This document shows, one piece after another, positions 28,371-37,170 of a DNA stretch of 64,000 nucleotides; the first letter of the stretch is position 1; the number at the start of each line of letters is the position of its first letter. The stretch is taken from the IMG/VR virus record IMGVR_UViG_2974637922_000001, positions 132,843-196,842 of that record; one strand, 5' to 3'. This stretch comes from a virus (lineage: Duplodnaviria > Caudoviricetes). The position numbers and the translations under genes are program-made. Under the pieces are notes generated by a model. It had not been told where the DNA came from and searched no databases. It was given only the letters and a program-made list of their open reading frames with translations.

Positions 28371-29272
28371 CAAATAAATCATTGGTTACCGGTGGCGCGG
28401 GTTTCATCGGGTCACATATTGTGGACCGACTTATTACACTAGGACATCAAGTCGTAGTGATTGACAATGAATCCTCTGATGGTCATGATGAATACCATTG
28501 GAACAGAAGCGGACAAGTACAAAACCATAAGGCAGACATTCGTGACTACGATGCAATCAAACACTTGTTTGGTGGAGTCAATAATGTTTTTCACCTTGCC
28601 GCTAAAGCATCAGTACAGGCGTCAGTAGATAACCCCCTACCAACTATTGCCACACAGGTAATGGGAACCGCCAATGTATTGGAGGCAGCACGACAATCTG
28701 GTGTGAGTAAGTTTGTATATTCCTCTACTAGTGCTTGTTATGGTAACAACAACCCCATTCCTAATGTAGAAACGATGAGAGAAGATCCTCTCAACGCCTA
28801 TGCTATTGGTAAGTTATCTGGGGAACAACTAGTTCGTGCCTATCACTACCTCTATGGTATGAAGACGGTGGCATTCCGTTATACCAATGTGTATGGGGAG
28901 AGGGCAAGACACGTAGGACACTACGCTCCTGCTGTTAGTAAGTTCCTAAAGATGAGAGCACAGGGAGAACCTCTAACTATCTTTGGTGATGGCGCCCAAC
29001 GCCGAGACTTTATTCATGTATCTGATGTAGTCAACGCTAATTGCTGTATTACCTATGAGGAACTAGAGCAGTGGGGTGAGACCTATAACATTGGTTATGG
29101 TAAGAACTGGAGTATCCAAGAGATCGCAGACTCTATCAGTCAGGAACAGATTCACCTATCTGCTCGTACTGGTGAGATGCGTGAGACGCTTGCTGATATT
29201 GGGAAGGCAAAGGCAGAGTTGATGTGGAAACCAAAGACTGACATCATGGATTGGATTAGGGTACAACTCTGA
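28367..29272 (+). CDS. NAD-dependent nucleotide-sugar epimerase (UDP-Glc/GlcNAc 4-epimerase-like)
   Basis: TGGAGFIGSH, FHLAA, YAIGK, RYTNVYG, GDGAQRRDFIHV. Confidence 0.88.
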   Translation: MTNKSLVTGGAGFIGSHIVDRLITLGHQVVVIDNESSDGHDEYHWNRSGQVQNHKADIRDYDAIKHLFGGVNNVFHLAAKASVQASVDNPLPTIATQVMGTANVLEAARQSGVSKFVYSSTSACYGNNNPIPNVETMREDPLNAYAIGKLSGEQLVRAYHYLYGMKTVAFRYTNVYGERARHVGHYAPAVSKFLKMRAQGEPLTIFGDGAQRRDFIHVSDVVNANCCITYEELEQWGETYNIGYGKNWSIQEIADSISQEQIHLSARTGEMRETLADIGKAKAELMWKPKTDIMDWIRVQL

Positions 29273-29889
29273 TGCCAGTATTTCAGAAGGACAACAAGAA
29301 AGTTCTATTCATCCATGTTCCCAAGACTGCAGGAAGTTCTGTGAATAAACTCTTTGTGAATAATGGATATGAAATGTCCTACTATTCTGAGAGTTCTAAA
29401 GATCTATACAATGGATTATGTGGACCACAACATCTGGACTCACTTCTATTGGAAGATGAGTTCCAAGATTTCTCTCAGTTTGATTATATCTTCTCTATCT
29501 TCAGAGACCCAGTAGACAGACATCTATCTGAGTTCACCTGGGCACCCTGGGGACTAATGGGTAGAAACATCTACACACCAGAAAGATTTGATGAGTGGTG
29601 TCCTAAGATATTCAGAGCGTATCAGGACTCACCATATAGGATGGATAATCACATTAGACCTCAACATGAGTTCTATGTCAATGGATGTGATGTGTATGAC
29701 TATGAAAATATCAATACACTCACAGAGAAACTATGTGATAAAATAGGTCTAGATAATAAAGAGATGCCATATGAAAGGTCTTCACGATATGATAGTGAGG
29801 ATTATGTCATCTATGAAGATACTTACAATTGTATTACTGAATTTTACAAAGGAGACTATCAATGGCAAAAGGATTCAGTCCTGTTGTGA
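29272..29889 (+). CDS. Sulfotransferase family 2 protein
   Basis: FIHVPKTAGSSV, RDPVDRHLSE, HIRPQ. Confidence 0.85.
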   Translation: MPVFQKDNKKVLFIHVPKTAGSSVNKLFVNNGYEMSYYSESSKDLYNGLCGPQHLDSLLLEDEFQDFSQFDYIFSIFRDPVDRHLSEFTWAPWGLMGRNIYTPERFDEWCPKIFRAYQDSPYRMDNHIRPQHEFYVNGCDVYDYENINTLTEKLCDKIGLDNKEMPYERSSRYDSEDYVIYEDTYNCITEFYKGDYQWQKDSVLL

Positions 29890-30740
29890 CTAAGGATAAG
29901 AACAAGTCCCAGTTCAAACTACAGGGTGTTCCTAGGATTTACTACATCAGTTTAGATGATCATGCTCATCGTCAAGACTATATGGAGTCCCAGTTTGAAG
30001 ACTGGGGCATCACTAACTTCGAAAGAATCTCTGCTCATGATGGTAGAGGTGATAATGATCTGAGTGATATTCTCAAAGGATCTTATCCAAAGATGATGAG
30101 TTCTGGTGAGGTTGGTTGTGTAACCTCTCACCTAAAGGCACTAAAACACTGGTTAGATACTACAGAGGGTGAAGAGTTTCTCCTTATGATGGAGGATGAT
30201 TGTGATATCTCCACTGCTGCCCACTGGGGTTTCTCCTGGAGGGAGTTTATTGGGAATATTCCATCCCATGTAGATTGTGTTCAGTTAGCAGTTATCAACC
30301 CATCAGAACTACATATCAAACTCCATATCAGGTTTGTGAATGATTTCTCCACTGCCTCATACCTAATCCGTAGATCACACGCAGAGAAGTTAGTTAGACT
30401 CTATTGTAGGGGTGATAAGTATAAACTTGATAGTGATATCAAACCCAGAGCAGTTGCTGATGATCTTATCTACAACTCTGGTGTGACTCTTGCTATGCCT
30501 CTATTTGCCTTCAAGATTGCACTAGGTTCCAGTATCCATGATGTCCATATCAATACCTTCCACAAGAGTAGTCATGATGGTATCTGGGAGTTTTGGAAGA
30601 AAACAGCACCAACTATTGAGAACTGGAAACCATTCTTCAACTATGATGCCTATCTGGGAACCCTACCACCCAATGTTGTGGTTCAACAATGGCAGCAAAA
30701 ACAGGAATCCAAAGCAAAAGATTCAGGGGCTTCGCAATAG
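29862..30740 (+). CDS. GT25 family glycosyltransferase
   Basis: YYISL..R, RISAHDG, GEVGCVTSH, MEDD. Confidence 0.85.
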   Translation: MAKGFSPVVTKDKNKSQFKLQGVPRIYYISLDDHAHRQDYMESQFEDWGITNFERISAHDGRGDNDLSDILKGSYPKMMSSGEVGCVTSHLKALKHWLDTTEGEEFLLMMEDDCDISTAAHWGFSWREFIGNIPSHVDCVQLAVINPSELHIKLHIRFVNDFSTASYLIRRSHAEKLVRLYCRGDKYKLDSDIKPRAVADDLIYNSGVTLAMPLFAFKIALGSSIHDVHINTFHKSSHDGIWEFWKKTAPTIENWKPFFNYDAYLGTLPPNVVVQQWQQKQESKAKDSGASQ

Positions 30741-30759
30741 AACATATATATGTTATAAT
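30731..30759 (+). promoter_or_regulatory. Sigma-70-type promoter for hli-petF
   Basis: TTCGCA-17-TATAAT with an extended TG. Confidence 0.55.
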
Positions 30760-30784
30760 ATTTACATTCACCCATGAGGTTATT

Positions 30785-30904
30785 ATGAAATTTGGTTTTA
30801 CCCCCGAAGCAGAAATCCTAAACGCTCGTTTGGCAATGTTGGGATTCGTTATCGCCGTAGGCACTTACTTGACCACAGGTCAGATTATTCCAGGAGTTCT
30901 TTGA
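30785..30904 (+). CDS. hli: High-light inducible protein
   Basis: [21 protein letters not shown]; GAGG RBS. Confidence 0.93.
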   Translation: MKFGFTPEAEILNARLAMLGFVIAVGTYLTTGQIIPGVL

Positions 30905-31197
30905 TGGCGTTTTCTGTAACACTTAGATCACCTACTGGTGAAGATAAAGTTGTAACAGTGGAGGGAGATCAATACATCCTAGATGCCGCAGAGGAAGCGG
31001 GTGTAGATCTCCCATATTCATGTAGAGCTGGTGCTTGTTCATCCTGTGCAGGTAAGATTGTATCTGGAAAGGTGAATCAAGAAGACCAGTCATTCTTAGA
31101 TGATGATCAGATCGAAGCAGGTTTCGCACTCTTATGTGTAGCTTATGCCGAATCTGATTGTGTGATTGAGACGGAAAAAGAGGAAACCCTTTACTGA
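30904..31197 (+). CDS. petF: Plant-type [2Fe-2S] ferredoxin
   Basis: [29 protein letters not shown]. Confidence 0.97.
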   Translation: MAFSVTLRSPTGEDKVVTVEGDQYILDAAEEAGVDLPYSCRAGACSSCAGKIVSGKVNQEDQSFLDDDQIEAGFALLCVAYAESDCVIETEKEETLY

Positions 31198-31202
31198 GAC
31201 TG

Positions 31203-31352
31203 ATGTCTAATCCAAACGCTCTATATGAAGATATGGAGAAACTGAATGCCCTCTACGAAGAACTTTGTTGGGGGCATAACGATGAACTACAATTTTCCCA
31301 TGACGGGGAGAGCATTATTATTACCAATAAAACCCAGGAGAAACAAAAATGA
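31203..31352 (+). CDS. Conserved cyanophage hypothetical protein (not in ORF track)
   Basis: MSNPNALYEDMEKLNALYEELCW... Confidence 0.7.
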   Translation: MSNPNALYEDMEKLNALYEELCWGHNDELQFSHDGESIIITNKTQEKQK

Positions 31353-31558
31353 CAGTAACAACTGAAGACGGCGGCCGCACAAACATGTACGCCACTGAAC
31401 CCACTATGTTTATTGATCCTTCTTACACTGAGAAGTATGGTTTAGAAACACACGCGGAACGAGCTGAAACAGCAAACGGGCGTTGGGCAATGATTGGATT
31501 TGTTTCTGGTATTGTATCCTATGTTATTACTGGTAACTTCTTCTTTGGTGTTATCTAA
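31349..31558 (+). CDS. hli: High-light inducible protein
   Basis: TTEDGGRTNMYA.EP, AETANGRWAMIGF. Confidence 0.92.
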   Translation: MTVTTEDGGRTNMYATEPTMFIDPSYTEKYGLETHAERAETANGRWAMIGFVSGIVSYVITGNFFFGVI

Positions 31559-31564
31559 TATTAG

Positions 31565-31593
31565 AAGGAGGGTTTGATACCCTCCTTTTTTTG
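31565..31593 (+). terminator. Rho-independent terminator
   Basis: AAGGAGGG-TTTGATA-CCCTCCTT followed by a T tract. Confidence 0.75.
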
Positions 31594-31639
31594 TGCTCCC
31601 ATAAATACCTTCTAGGCACCCACACACCTTCGTATCAAA

Positions 31640-33955
31640 ATGGCATTTAAGATTAATGGCGTAGTACGCATTGATAATAGTGGCAACGGTTTTCTGGGAA
31701 TTGTAACCGCTACCGACGCTAATATCACAGGAGTTCTCACTGCCACTGAGGTGGATGCGAAAGTATCATCTAAGGCAATAACTGAACAAACAGATGGAAC
31801 CGTAGATGATGTAACTGGTGCAGATGAACTATTACTATTAGATGCTGAGACTGGTGGATTACTAAGAGTATCAATAGATGAGTTCGTGCAGGGTTCAGGC
31901 ATTGGAACTCTAGTAACGGACTTTGATAACTTAACTGTTACTGGTATCACAACCGTTGCCACCCTCAAAGGTATTGGATCTAATAACATCAGTGTAGGGA
32001 GCACACTTTCCTTTGCTGATGGTACAGAGATCATCATGGGTGACTCTGGTGACTTCAGTATTCATCATGATGGTGACCATACTTACCTAGATGAGACGGG
32101 GCAGGGTAATCTAAAACTCCGTACAAATAACTTTAGAGTAACAAATATAGCAGAAACAAAACCAGCTATTACAGCACAGGTTACTTCTGGTGTTGAGTTG
32201 TATTTTGATGGTAATAAGAAGATAGAAACTACAAATACTGGTGTTCTTGTGAGTGGTATGCTCACTGCTGATAGATTAAGATCAGGTGATATTGCTGCTA
32301 GAAATGTAATCACACTGGGTATTACCACTATCCAAGATCATTTGGAAGTGAATGATAGTACTGGTTCTGGTACCGAATATAATCTTAATGTTAAGACTAA
32401 TGGTAGTTCTACCTTTGGTGTCTTAGGTAATGGAAATATTCTACTTGGAAACAGTTCCGGTGCTCCATTCATGGCGACGAATGATCACCACGCAACTTCC
32501 AAGAAATATGTAGATGACGCCATCGCTGATGATCCTAGCGGTGCTGCGGCTTGGGGTACTGTTGCCTCAAACAACAGTGGTGGTGCTAGTAGTATTACTT
32601 TACTGGGTGGGATGAATGTAGCAAGTGTCACAGCTGGCACATCAAATGCAAAAGGAAATTTCGTGGTTACATTTGCCACTCCAATGCCTGATGCAAACTA
32701 TTCAGTAACCGCTAGTTATAATAACGCTAATGTTAACACATATGGGGATATTAGTGTAGGTTCTAAAACAGCAAGTAGTTTTGAGGTTCAAACTTTTGAA
32801 TCATCAAATCTGCCTGACTGGCAGGGGTTTGGATTTGTCGTCTTCGCAACCAATGCCCTCCCACCAACAGGCGGCACCGGCACAGATAGCTGGGCAGCTG
32901 TAGATCAAACTATTGTTAATGGTGCTTGTAATGTACCGGCAAGTTTTAACGTTGCTTCAGTAACTAGAACTGGACTGGGCCTATATGACGTGGTGTTTAC
33001 AACGCCGATGCCTACTGATAAATACAGCGTTGTGGGTAGCATTACCCGAGACACATTTTCTAATTTCTGTACTTCTAATAGGTCGGCTACTGGCTTTACA
33101 GTAAAGAACACCTATCAGAATCGCGATAACGGTGCTACTCAGTATGCAGACAACCCTTTCTCCTTCACCGTCAACGCCACCAACGCAACGCTACCTGAAA
33201 CTATTACAACGGATCAGTTTACCTCTGCGTTTAATGCTCCTACCTTCAAAAACATTCTCATCAATGGAAATCTGACAATTAATCAACGTAATGTTAATAT
33301 TACATCTGTTTCTGCCGGTGAATATGGTGAAGATCGTTGGAAAAAGACATTAGGTGGGATGACGCAGATTGTTGAAGATGGTAATTATCTACCAAGTTCT
33401 TCTTACACTTTATCTGGAACAGGTATTACTACAACTACAGCAAACTCACCTGCTTCTGGTGACTGGGACATCTCAACAACCTTTGGTGATATTCCTATTA
33501 CTGCTCGTTCTATCCAACTTGAATATGGCAACGTAGCCTCAGCGTTTGACTTGAGACCGGTTGGGGTGGAGCTGAGTTTGTGTCATCGTTATTTTTATAG
33601 AATAATAAGGTCCGTCAACAGCACTCCTTTTACTATTAAATCTAACAGTAACTCAAACGACATTCCCGCTGTAGGCTCGATCGAGTGTTCTTACAGTGTA
33701 GTTTTTCCAGCCATAATGAGAACCCAACCTACTGGCTCAAATTACAGTAACAACGGAGCAAATAACTATTTGGCAATTCCAGGATATAGGGCTATTACTA
33801 ACTCTTTTCTGGCAAGCGATGTAAGTTTTTCATACGCATCCTCTGAAGCCGCAGTAATTTTAGTGGATACGACCTTAGGGAGCATCGGAGTAGTTCAAGG
33901 AGCTGCGTTCCCGCTAGAGGCGGCTTTTAGTTATGACATCGACGCCGAACTTTAA
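31640..33955 (+). CDS. Tail fibre / receptor-binding-like protein
   Basis: CATAAATA late promoter; HATSKKYVD, duplicated NVASVT..VTF.TPMP..YSV domain, KNILINGN..INQR..DRW, ELSLCHRYF. Confidence 0.8.
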   Translation: MAFKINGVVRIDNSGNGFLGIVTATDANITGVLTATEVDAKVSSKAITEQTDGTVDDVTGADELLLLDAETGGLLRVSIDEFVQGSGIGTLVTDFDNLTVTGITTVATLKGIGSNNISVGSTLSFADGTEIIMGDSGDFSIHHDGDHTYLDETGQGNLKLRTNNFRVTNIAETKPAITAQVTSGVELYFDGNKKIETTNTGVLVSGMLTADRLRSGDIAARNVITLGITTIQDHLEVNDSTGSGTEYNLNVKTNGSSTFGVLGNGNILLGNSSGAPFMATNDHHATSKKYVDDAIADDPSGAAAWGTVASNNSGGASSITLLGGMNVASVTAGTSNAKGNFVVTFATPMPDANYSVTASYNNANVNTYGDISVGSKTASSFEVQTFESSNLPDWQGFGFVVFATNALPPTGGTGTDSWAAVDQTIVNGACNVPASFNVASVTRTGLGLYDVVFTTPMPTDKYSVVGSITRDTFSNFCTSNRSATGFTVKNTYQNRDNGATQYADNPFSFTVNATNATLPETITTDQFTSAFNAPTFKNILINGNLTINQRNVNITSVSAGEYGEDRWKKTLGGMTQIVEDGNYLPSSSYTLSGTGITTTTANSPASGDWDISTTFGDIPITARSIQLEYGNVASAFDLRPVGVELSLCHRYFYRIIRSVNSTPFTIKSNSNSNDIPAVGSIECSYSVVFPAIMRTQPTGSNYSNNGANNYLAIPGYRAITNSFLASDVSFSYASSEAAVILVDTTLGSIGVVQGAAFPLEAAFSYDIDAEL

Positions 33956-33997
33956 ACTCCTTAATTCCTTACAATAGAACTATCACACTTTAAAACT

Positions 33998-34240
33998 ATG
34001 GCTTATACTTACGCATTTACTGATGCTGATAACAACAGCATCAAACGCACTGATGAAGACGGTAACGTTGCATTCGTTCCAGTCGCAGAAGGCAATCGTG
34101 ACTACGCAGAATATCTATCCTCTGGTATCACTGCCGATGCATACGTAGCACCACCGGAACCAGAACCCCTTACTCCAGAAGAGAAACTAGCCAACTCTGG
34201 ACTGACAGTTGATGAGCTAAAGAGTTTGTTAGATCTATAG
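33998..34240 (+). CDS. Tail-fibre-associated small protein (chaperone-like)
   Basis: VP...NRDYAEYL, LTPEEKLANSGLTVDELKSLL; directly follows the fibre gene. Confidence 0.65.
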   Translation: MAYTYAFTDADNNSIKRTDEDGNVAFVPVAEGNRDYAEYLSSGITADAYVAPPEPEPLTPEEKLANSGLTVDELKSLLDL

Positions 34241-34241
34241 G

Positions 34242-34312
34242 TGTGACAGCCAGCAAACTGGCACAGGGGGTTGGCACCCTGGGGAATCTGTGTTATAATA
34301 AACACATAAATA
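34242..34312 (+). promoter_or_regulatory. psbA promoter region: palindrome + early promoter + late promoter
   Basis: TGTGACAG..ACTGGCACA; TTGGCA-17-TATAAT; CATAAATA. Confidence 0.7.
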
Positions 34313-34345
34313 AGATATGTAAAGTTCTTATTACAACACTTCCAT

Positions 34346-34450
34346 CTAACCGAGACCTACGGGGAAGTAAAATACGTCTCTAATACCTACACCGGAGGGT
34401 GGTGTAGGAATAATACTATCGTCAGCTCCCCCTGGCACTACTTACCCTTT
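34346..34450 (+). ncRNA. PhotoRC-II-like structured RNA in the psbA 5' UTR
   Basis: GAGAC..GTCTC stem and CCTACACC-GGAG-GGTGGTGTAGG hairpin upstream of a cyanophage psbA; family assignment from memory. Confidence 0.6.
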
Positions 34451-34457
34451 TTACACA

Positions 34458-35537
34458 ATGGCTTCAACACTTACACGCCGTCAAGGCGCATCTATCTGGG
34501 ATCAGTTTTGTTCCTGGGTCACATCAACCAACAATCGTCTTTACGTCGGTTGGTTCGGTGTTCTAATGATTCCTACATTGTTAGCCGCAACTGTATGTTT
34601 CATTATCGCTTTCGTGGGTGCTCCCCCAGTGGACATCGACGGAATCCGTGAACCAGTAGCTGGTTCACTCATGTATGGAAACAACATCATCTCTGGTGCA
34701 GTTGTTCCTAGTTCAAACGCAATCGGTCTACACTTCTACCCAATCTGGGAAGCAGCCACACTCGACGAATGGCTCTACAACGGTGGTCCTTTCCAACTAG
34801 TTGTCTTCCACTTCCTTATTGGTATCTACGCCTATATGGGACGTGAGTGGGAACTCTCTTATCGTTTAGGTATGAGACCTTGGATCTGTGTAGCATACTC
34901 TGCACCAGTTGCAGCAGCTTCAGCAGTATTCCTAGTCTATCCTTTCGGTCAAGGTTCATTCTCAGACGCGATGCCCTTGGGTATCTCTGGAACATTCAAC
35001 TACATGTTGGTCTTCCAAGCAGAACATAACATCTTGATGCACCCCTTCCACATGTTGGGAGTCGCAGGTGTCTTCGGTGGTTCATTGTTCTCAGCGATGC
35101 ATGGTTCACTTGTTACCTCTTCACTTGTCCGTGAGACAACTGAAACTGAGTCACAGAACTATGGTTACAAGTTCGGCCAAGAAGAAGAGACCTATAACAT
35201 CGTGGCAGCCCATGGCTACTTCGGTCGTTTGATCTTCCAATACGCTTCATTCAACAACTCACGCTCACTCCACTTCTTCTTAGCCGCATGGCCAGTTGTG
35301 GGTATCTGGTTCACCGCACTTGGTGTTTCCACAATGGCATTCAACCTCAATGGTTTCAACTTCAACCAGTCTGTTATCGACGGACAAGGTAGAGTATTGA
35401 ACACCTGGGCGGATGTTCTTAACAGAGCTGGTCTTGGGATGGAAGTAATGCATGAGAGAAATGCACACAACTTCCCACTAGATTTGGCAGCAGCTGAGTC
35501 CACACCAGTGGCTCTAATTGCACCATCTGTTGGTTGA
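34458..35537 (+). CDS. psbA: Photosystem II D1 protein (uninterrupted)
   Basis: [39 protein letters not shown]. Confidence 0.99.
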   Translation: MASTLTRRQGASIWDQFCSWVTSTNNRLYVGWFGVLMIPTLLAATVCFIIAFVGAPPVDIDGIREPVAGSLMYGNNIISGAVVPSSNAIGLHFYPIWEAATLDEWLYNGGPFQLVVFHFLIGIYAYMGREWELSYRLGMRPWICVAYSAPVAAASAVFLVYPFGQGSFSDAMPLGISGTFNYMLVFQAEHNILMHPFHMLGVAGVFGGSLFSAMHGSLVTSSLVRETTETESQNYGYKFGQEEETYNIVAAHGYFGRLIFQYASFNNSRSLHFFLAAWPVVGIWFTALGVSTMAFNLNGFNFNQSVIDGQGRVLNTWADVLNRAGLGMEVMHERNAHNFPLDLAAAESTPVALIAPSVG

Positions 35538-35559
35538 TCACTCAACCTGTGGTATGATA

Positions 35560-35588
35560 AAGGGGGACTTCGGTCCCCTTTCTTTTTC
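35560..35588 (+). terminator. Rho-independent terminator with a UUCG tetraloop
   Basis: GGGGAC-TTCG-GTCCCC followed by a T-rich tract. Confidence 0.8.
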
Positions 35589-35607
35589 TTTTGTAATGTA
35601 AAGTTTT

Positions 35608-35838
35608 ATGTCTCACGATCTAATCGAATTGCTCACTTACTATGTGATCGGTGGTGCCCTTATCATAGGACCACCCGCTATCTTTCTCATCATTGCTATG
35701 ATGGCAGCACTCCAAAATACGAAAGGTCGCATGGTTGGATACAAAGATCACAAAACTTATGGTGATTCATCCATCTACGATCCGGCACCAAAATTGCCAG
35801 TAGATCAAACAAAATTCTTCTTGGAACTTAACAACTGA
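35608..35838 (+). CDS. Small membrane protein between psbA and psbD
   Basis: 76 aa with a TM segment. Confidence 0.7.
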   Translation: MSHDLIELLTYYVIGGALIIGPPAIFLIIAMMAALQNTKGRMVGYKDHKTYGDSSIYDPAPKLPVDQTKFFLELNN

Positions 35839-35849
35839 GGTAAACAAAA

Positions 35850-35897
35850 ATGACGACAAGTACACTTACAACACCACAAAGGGGGTGTATTCGTTAG
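35850..35897 (+). pseudogene. psbD: Stranded 5' remnant of the original psbD
   Basis: GAGG RBS, then MTTSTLTTPQRG (cyanophage D2-type N-terminus), breaking inside the Trp codon (TG|T) and stopping. Confidence 0.7.
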
Positions 35898-35967
35898 TCT
35901 GGAAGCAACTGACACAAATACCATAGGGGTATTGGCAAAAACCAGATATCTGTGTTATACTGGGTAG

Positions 35968-36150
35968 GGATAGGTAGAGTATTCAGGGGTGAAAAGACTA
36001 CCTATACCCCCCAATAATACACAGCAATAATACACAGAGAATACTTATAATAAAACCCCTACGGGGTTTGCCTACGGGCAACTGAAAGAGATATATGTAT
36101 AGGGGCAACTGATATAACTGCTATGCCCGCTACGCCAACCTGAAAAACCA
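35968..36150 (+). ncRNA. Putative structured non-coding RNA
   Basis: Downstream of TTGGCA-18-TATACT; no ORF; ATAGGTAG/CTACCTAT stem and two cUACGg hairpins. Confidence 0.4.
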
Positions 36151-36157
36151 CAAAGGT

Positions 36158-36234
36158 AGTATAACACCAGAAGTAGTTATTGGCAACTATCTAGAAACTA
36201 TCTAGTTGCCGCAGGGGTTTTTATGCGTTATAAT
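36158..36234. promoter_or_regulatory. Back-to-back divergent sigma-70-type promoters
   Basis: Minus: TTGCCA(36186-36181)-17-TATACT; plus: TTGCCG(36206)-17-TATAAT; the -35 boxes form the arms of a GGCAACTA..TAGTTGCC inverted repeat. Confidence 0.6.
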
Positions 36235-36257
36235 AATAATACCCTGAATACAAAACT

Positions 36258-36422
36258 ATGAGTATGGTGAAGCAACACCTGTGGCAAGAGCAACACGCCC
36301 CTACCGCAGAAGATATAGAAGAGTATGAGTTATACTGCTACTACCTAGATATGGTAGAGCGGTATAATACTACTGCCCCTATGAAGTTTTTAGAAGAAGT
36401 GTTTAGTGAAGAGGTAGAGTGA
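36258..36422 (+). CDS. Small acidic protein coupled to the HNH gene (not in ORF track)
   Basis: MSMVKQHLWQEQHAPTAEDIEEYELY..., 54 aa; GTGA overlap with the HNH start. Confidence 0.6.
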   Translation: MSMVKQHLWQEQHAPTAEDIEEYELYCYYLDMVERYNTTAPMKFLEEVFSEEVE

Positions 36423-37051
36423 AGCAACTAATACAAAACCCAAACAACTATACAATAACCCCAGAGGGGGTTGTATTATCTAACAAATACAAACGCCCCC
36501 TATCACTACAATATGATAGAGGGGGCAACCCCTTCTACCAGATAAAACGCCTAGGGGGTGGTAGTAGGCAACAACTATACCAAAACAAACTACTACCCCA
36601 ACACTACCCCTTCTACTGGATAAACCAGTTAGAAGAGGGTGAGGAGTGTAGGAATATAACTTATATCTACCAACACCCTATGCCCCCCTACAAATACTTT
36701 ATAACCAACAGAGGTAGGGTTTGGAGCAACCTATCTAATAGGTTTTTAGAAACCCAACACAACTATGGTAGGGGTGGATACTATGATAGAATAACCATAG
36801 ATACACACTCTGTGAATACACACTGGTTGGTAGGTAGATACTTTTTAGAGAACTGGTATGCTGGTTGCTTTGTTTGCCATAGGTGTGAAACTCTACCCTA
36901 CCCAAACAGAAACTACCCTACTAACCTGTGGGTAGGCAACAACAGCAGCAACCAGTTAGATAGTGAGAGCAAGCAGAGAACACTACACAGAAGAAAGAGA
37001 GTGAGTGAGTGTATGAGAGGCAACCAAAACTGGCGGGGCAAACACAAATAA
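36419..37051 (+). CDS. NUMOD4/HNH homing endonuclease (I-HmuI-like)
   Basis: Two NUMOD4-like starts (NYTITPEGVVLS; YFITNRGRVWS), HWLVGRYFL, VCH..N..NLWVG..SN. Confidence 0.8.
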   Translation: MKQLIQNPNNYTITPEGVVLSNKYKRPLSLQYDRGGNPFYQIKRLGGGSRQQLYQNKLLPQHYPFYWINQLEEGEECRNITYIYQHPMPPYKYFITNRGRVWSNLSNRFLETQHNYGRGGYYDRITIDTHSVNTHWLVGRYFLENWYAGCFVCHRCETLPYPNRNYPTNLWVGNNSSNQLDSESKQRTLHRRKRVSECMRGNQNWRGKHK

Positions 37052-37126
37052 CACACAAACTCTGTATAACTGATCTACTACGCTTTCTAACCTAGCACTT
37101 TGTTGCTCTGGACTAACAGGGAGTTA

Positions 37127-37150
37127 TGTGTTATAATATAAACATAAATA
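37127..37150 (+). promoter_or_regulatory. Dual early/late promoter for psbD
   Basis: TGTGTTATAATA..CATAAATA, same architecture as the psbA promoter. Confidence 0.65.
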
Positions 37151-37170
37151 CATATAACTTCACAAAAACT

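Noticed and set aside
34458-35537. Intron in psbA
   Set aside because: The ORF is continuous and full length.
35887-35902. GTATTCGTTAGTCTGGA as a further psbD fragment (VFV..SG)
   Set aside because: It resembles psbD codons but also overlaps the promoter-upstream palindrome; too short to decide.
37126-37170. N-terminal extension of D2 from ATG 37126
   Set aside because: It overlaps the promoter elements; ATG 37171 gives the normal 352-aa D2.
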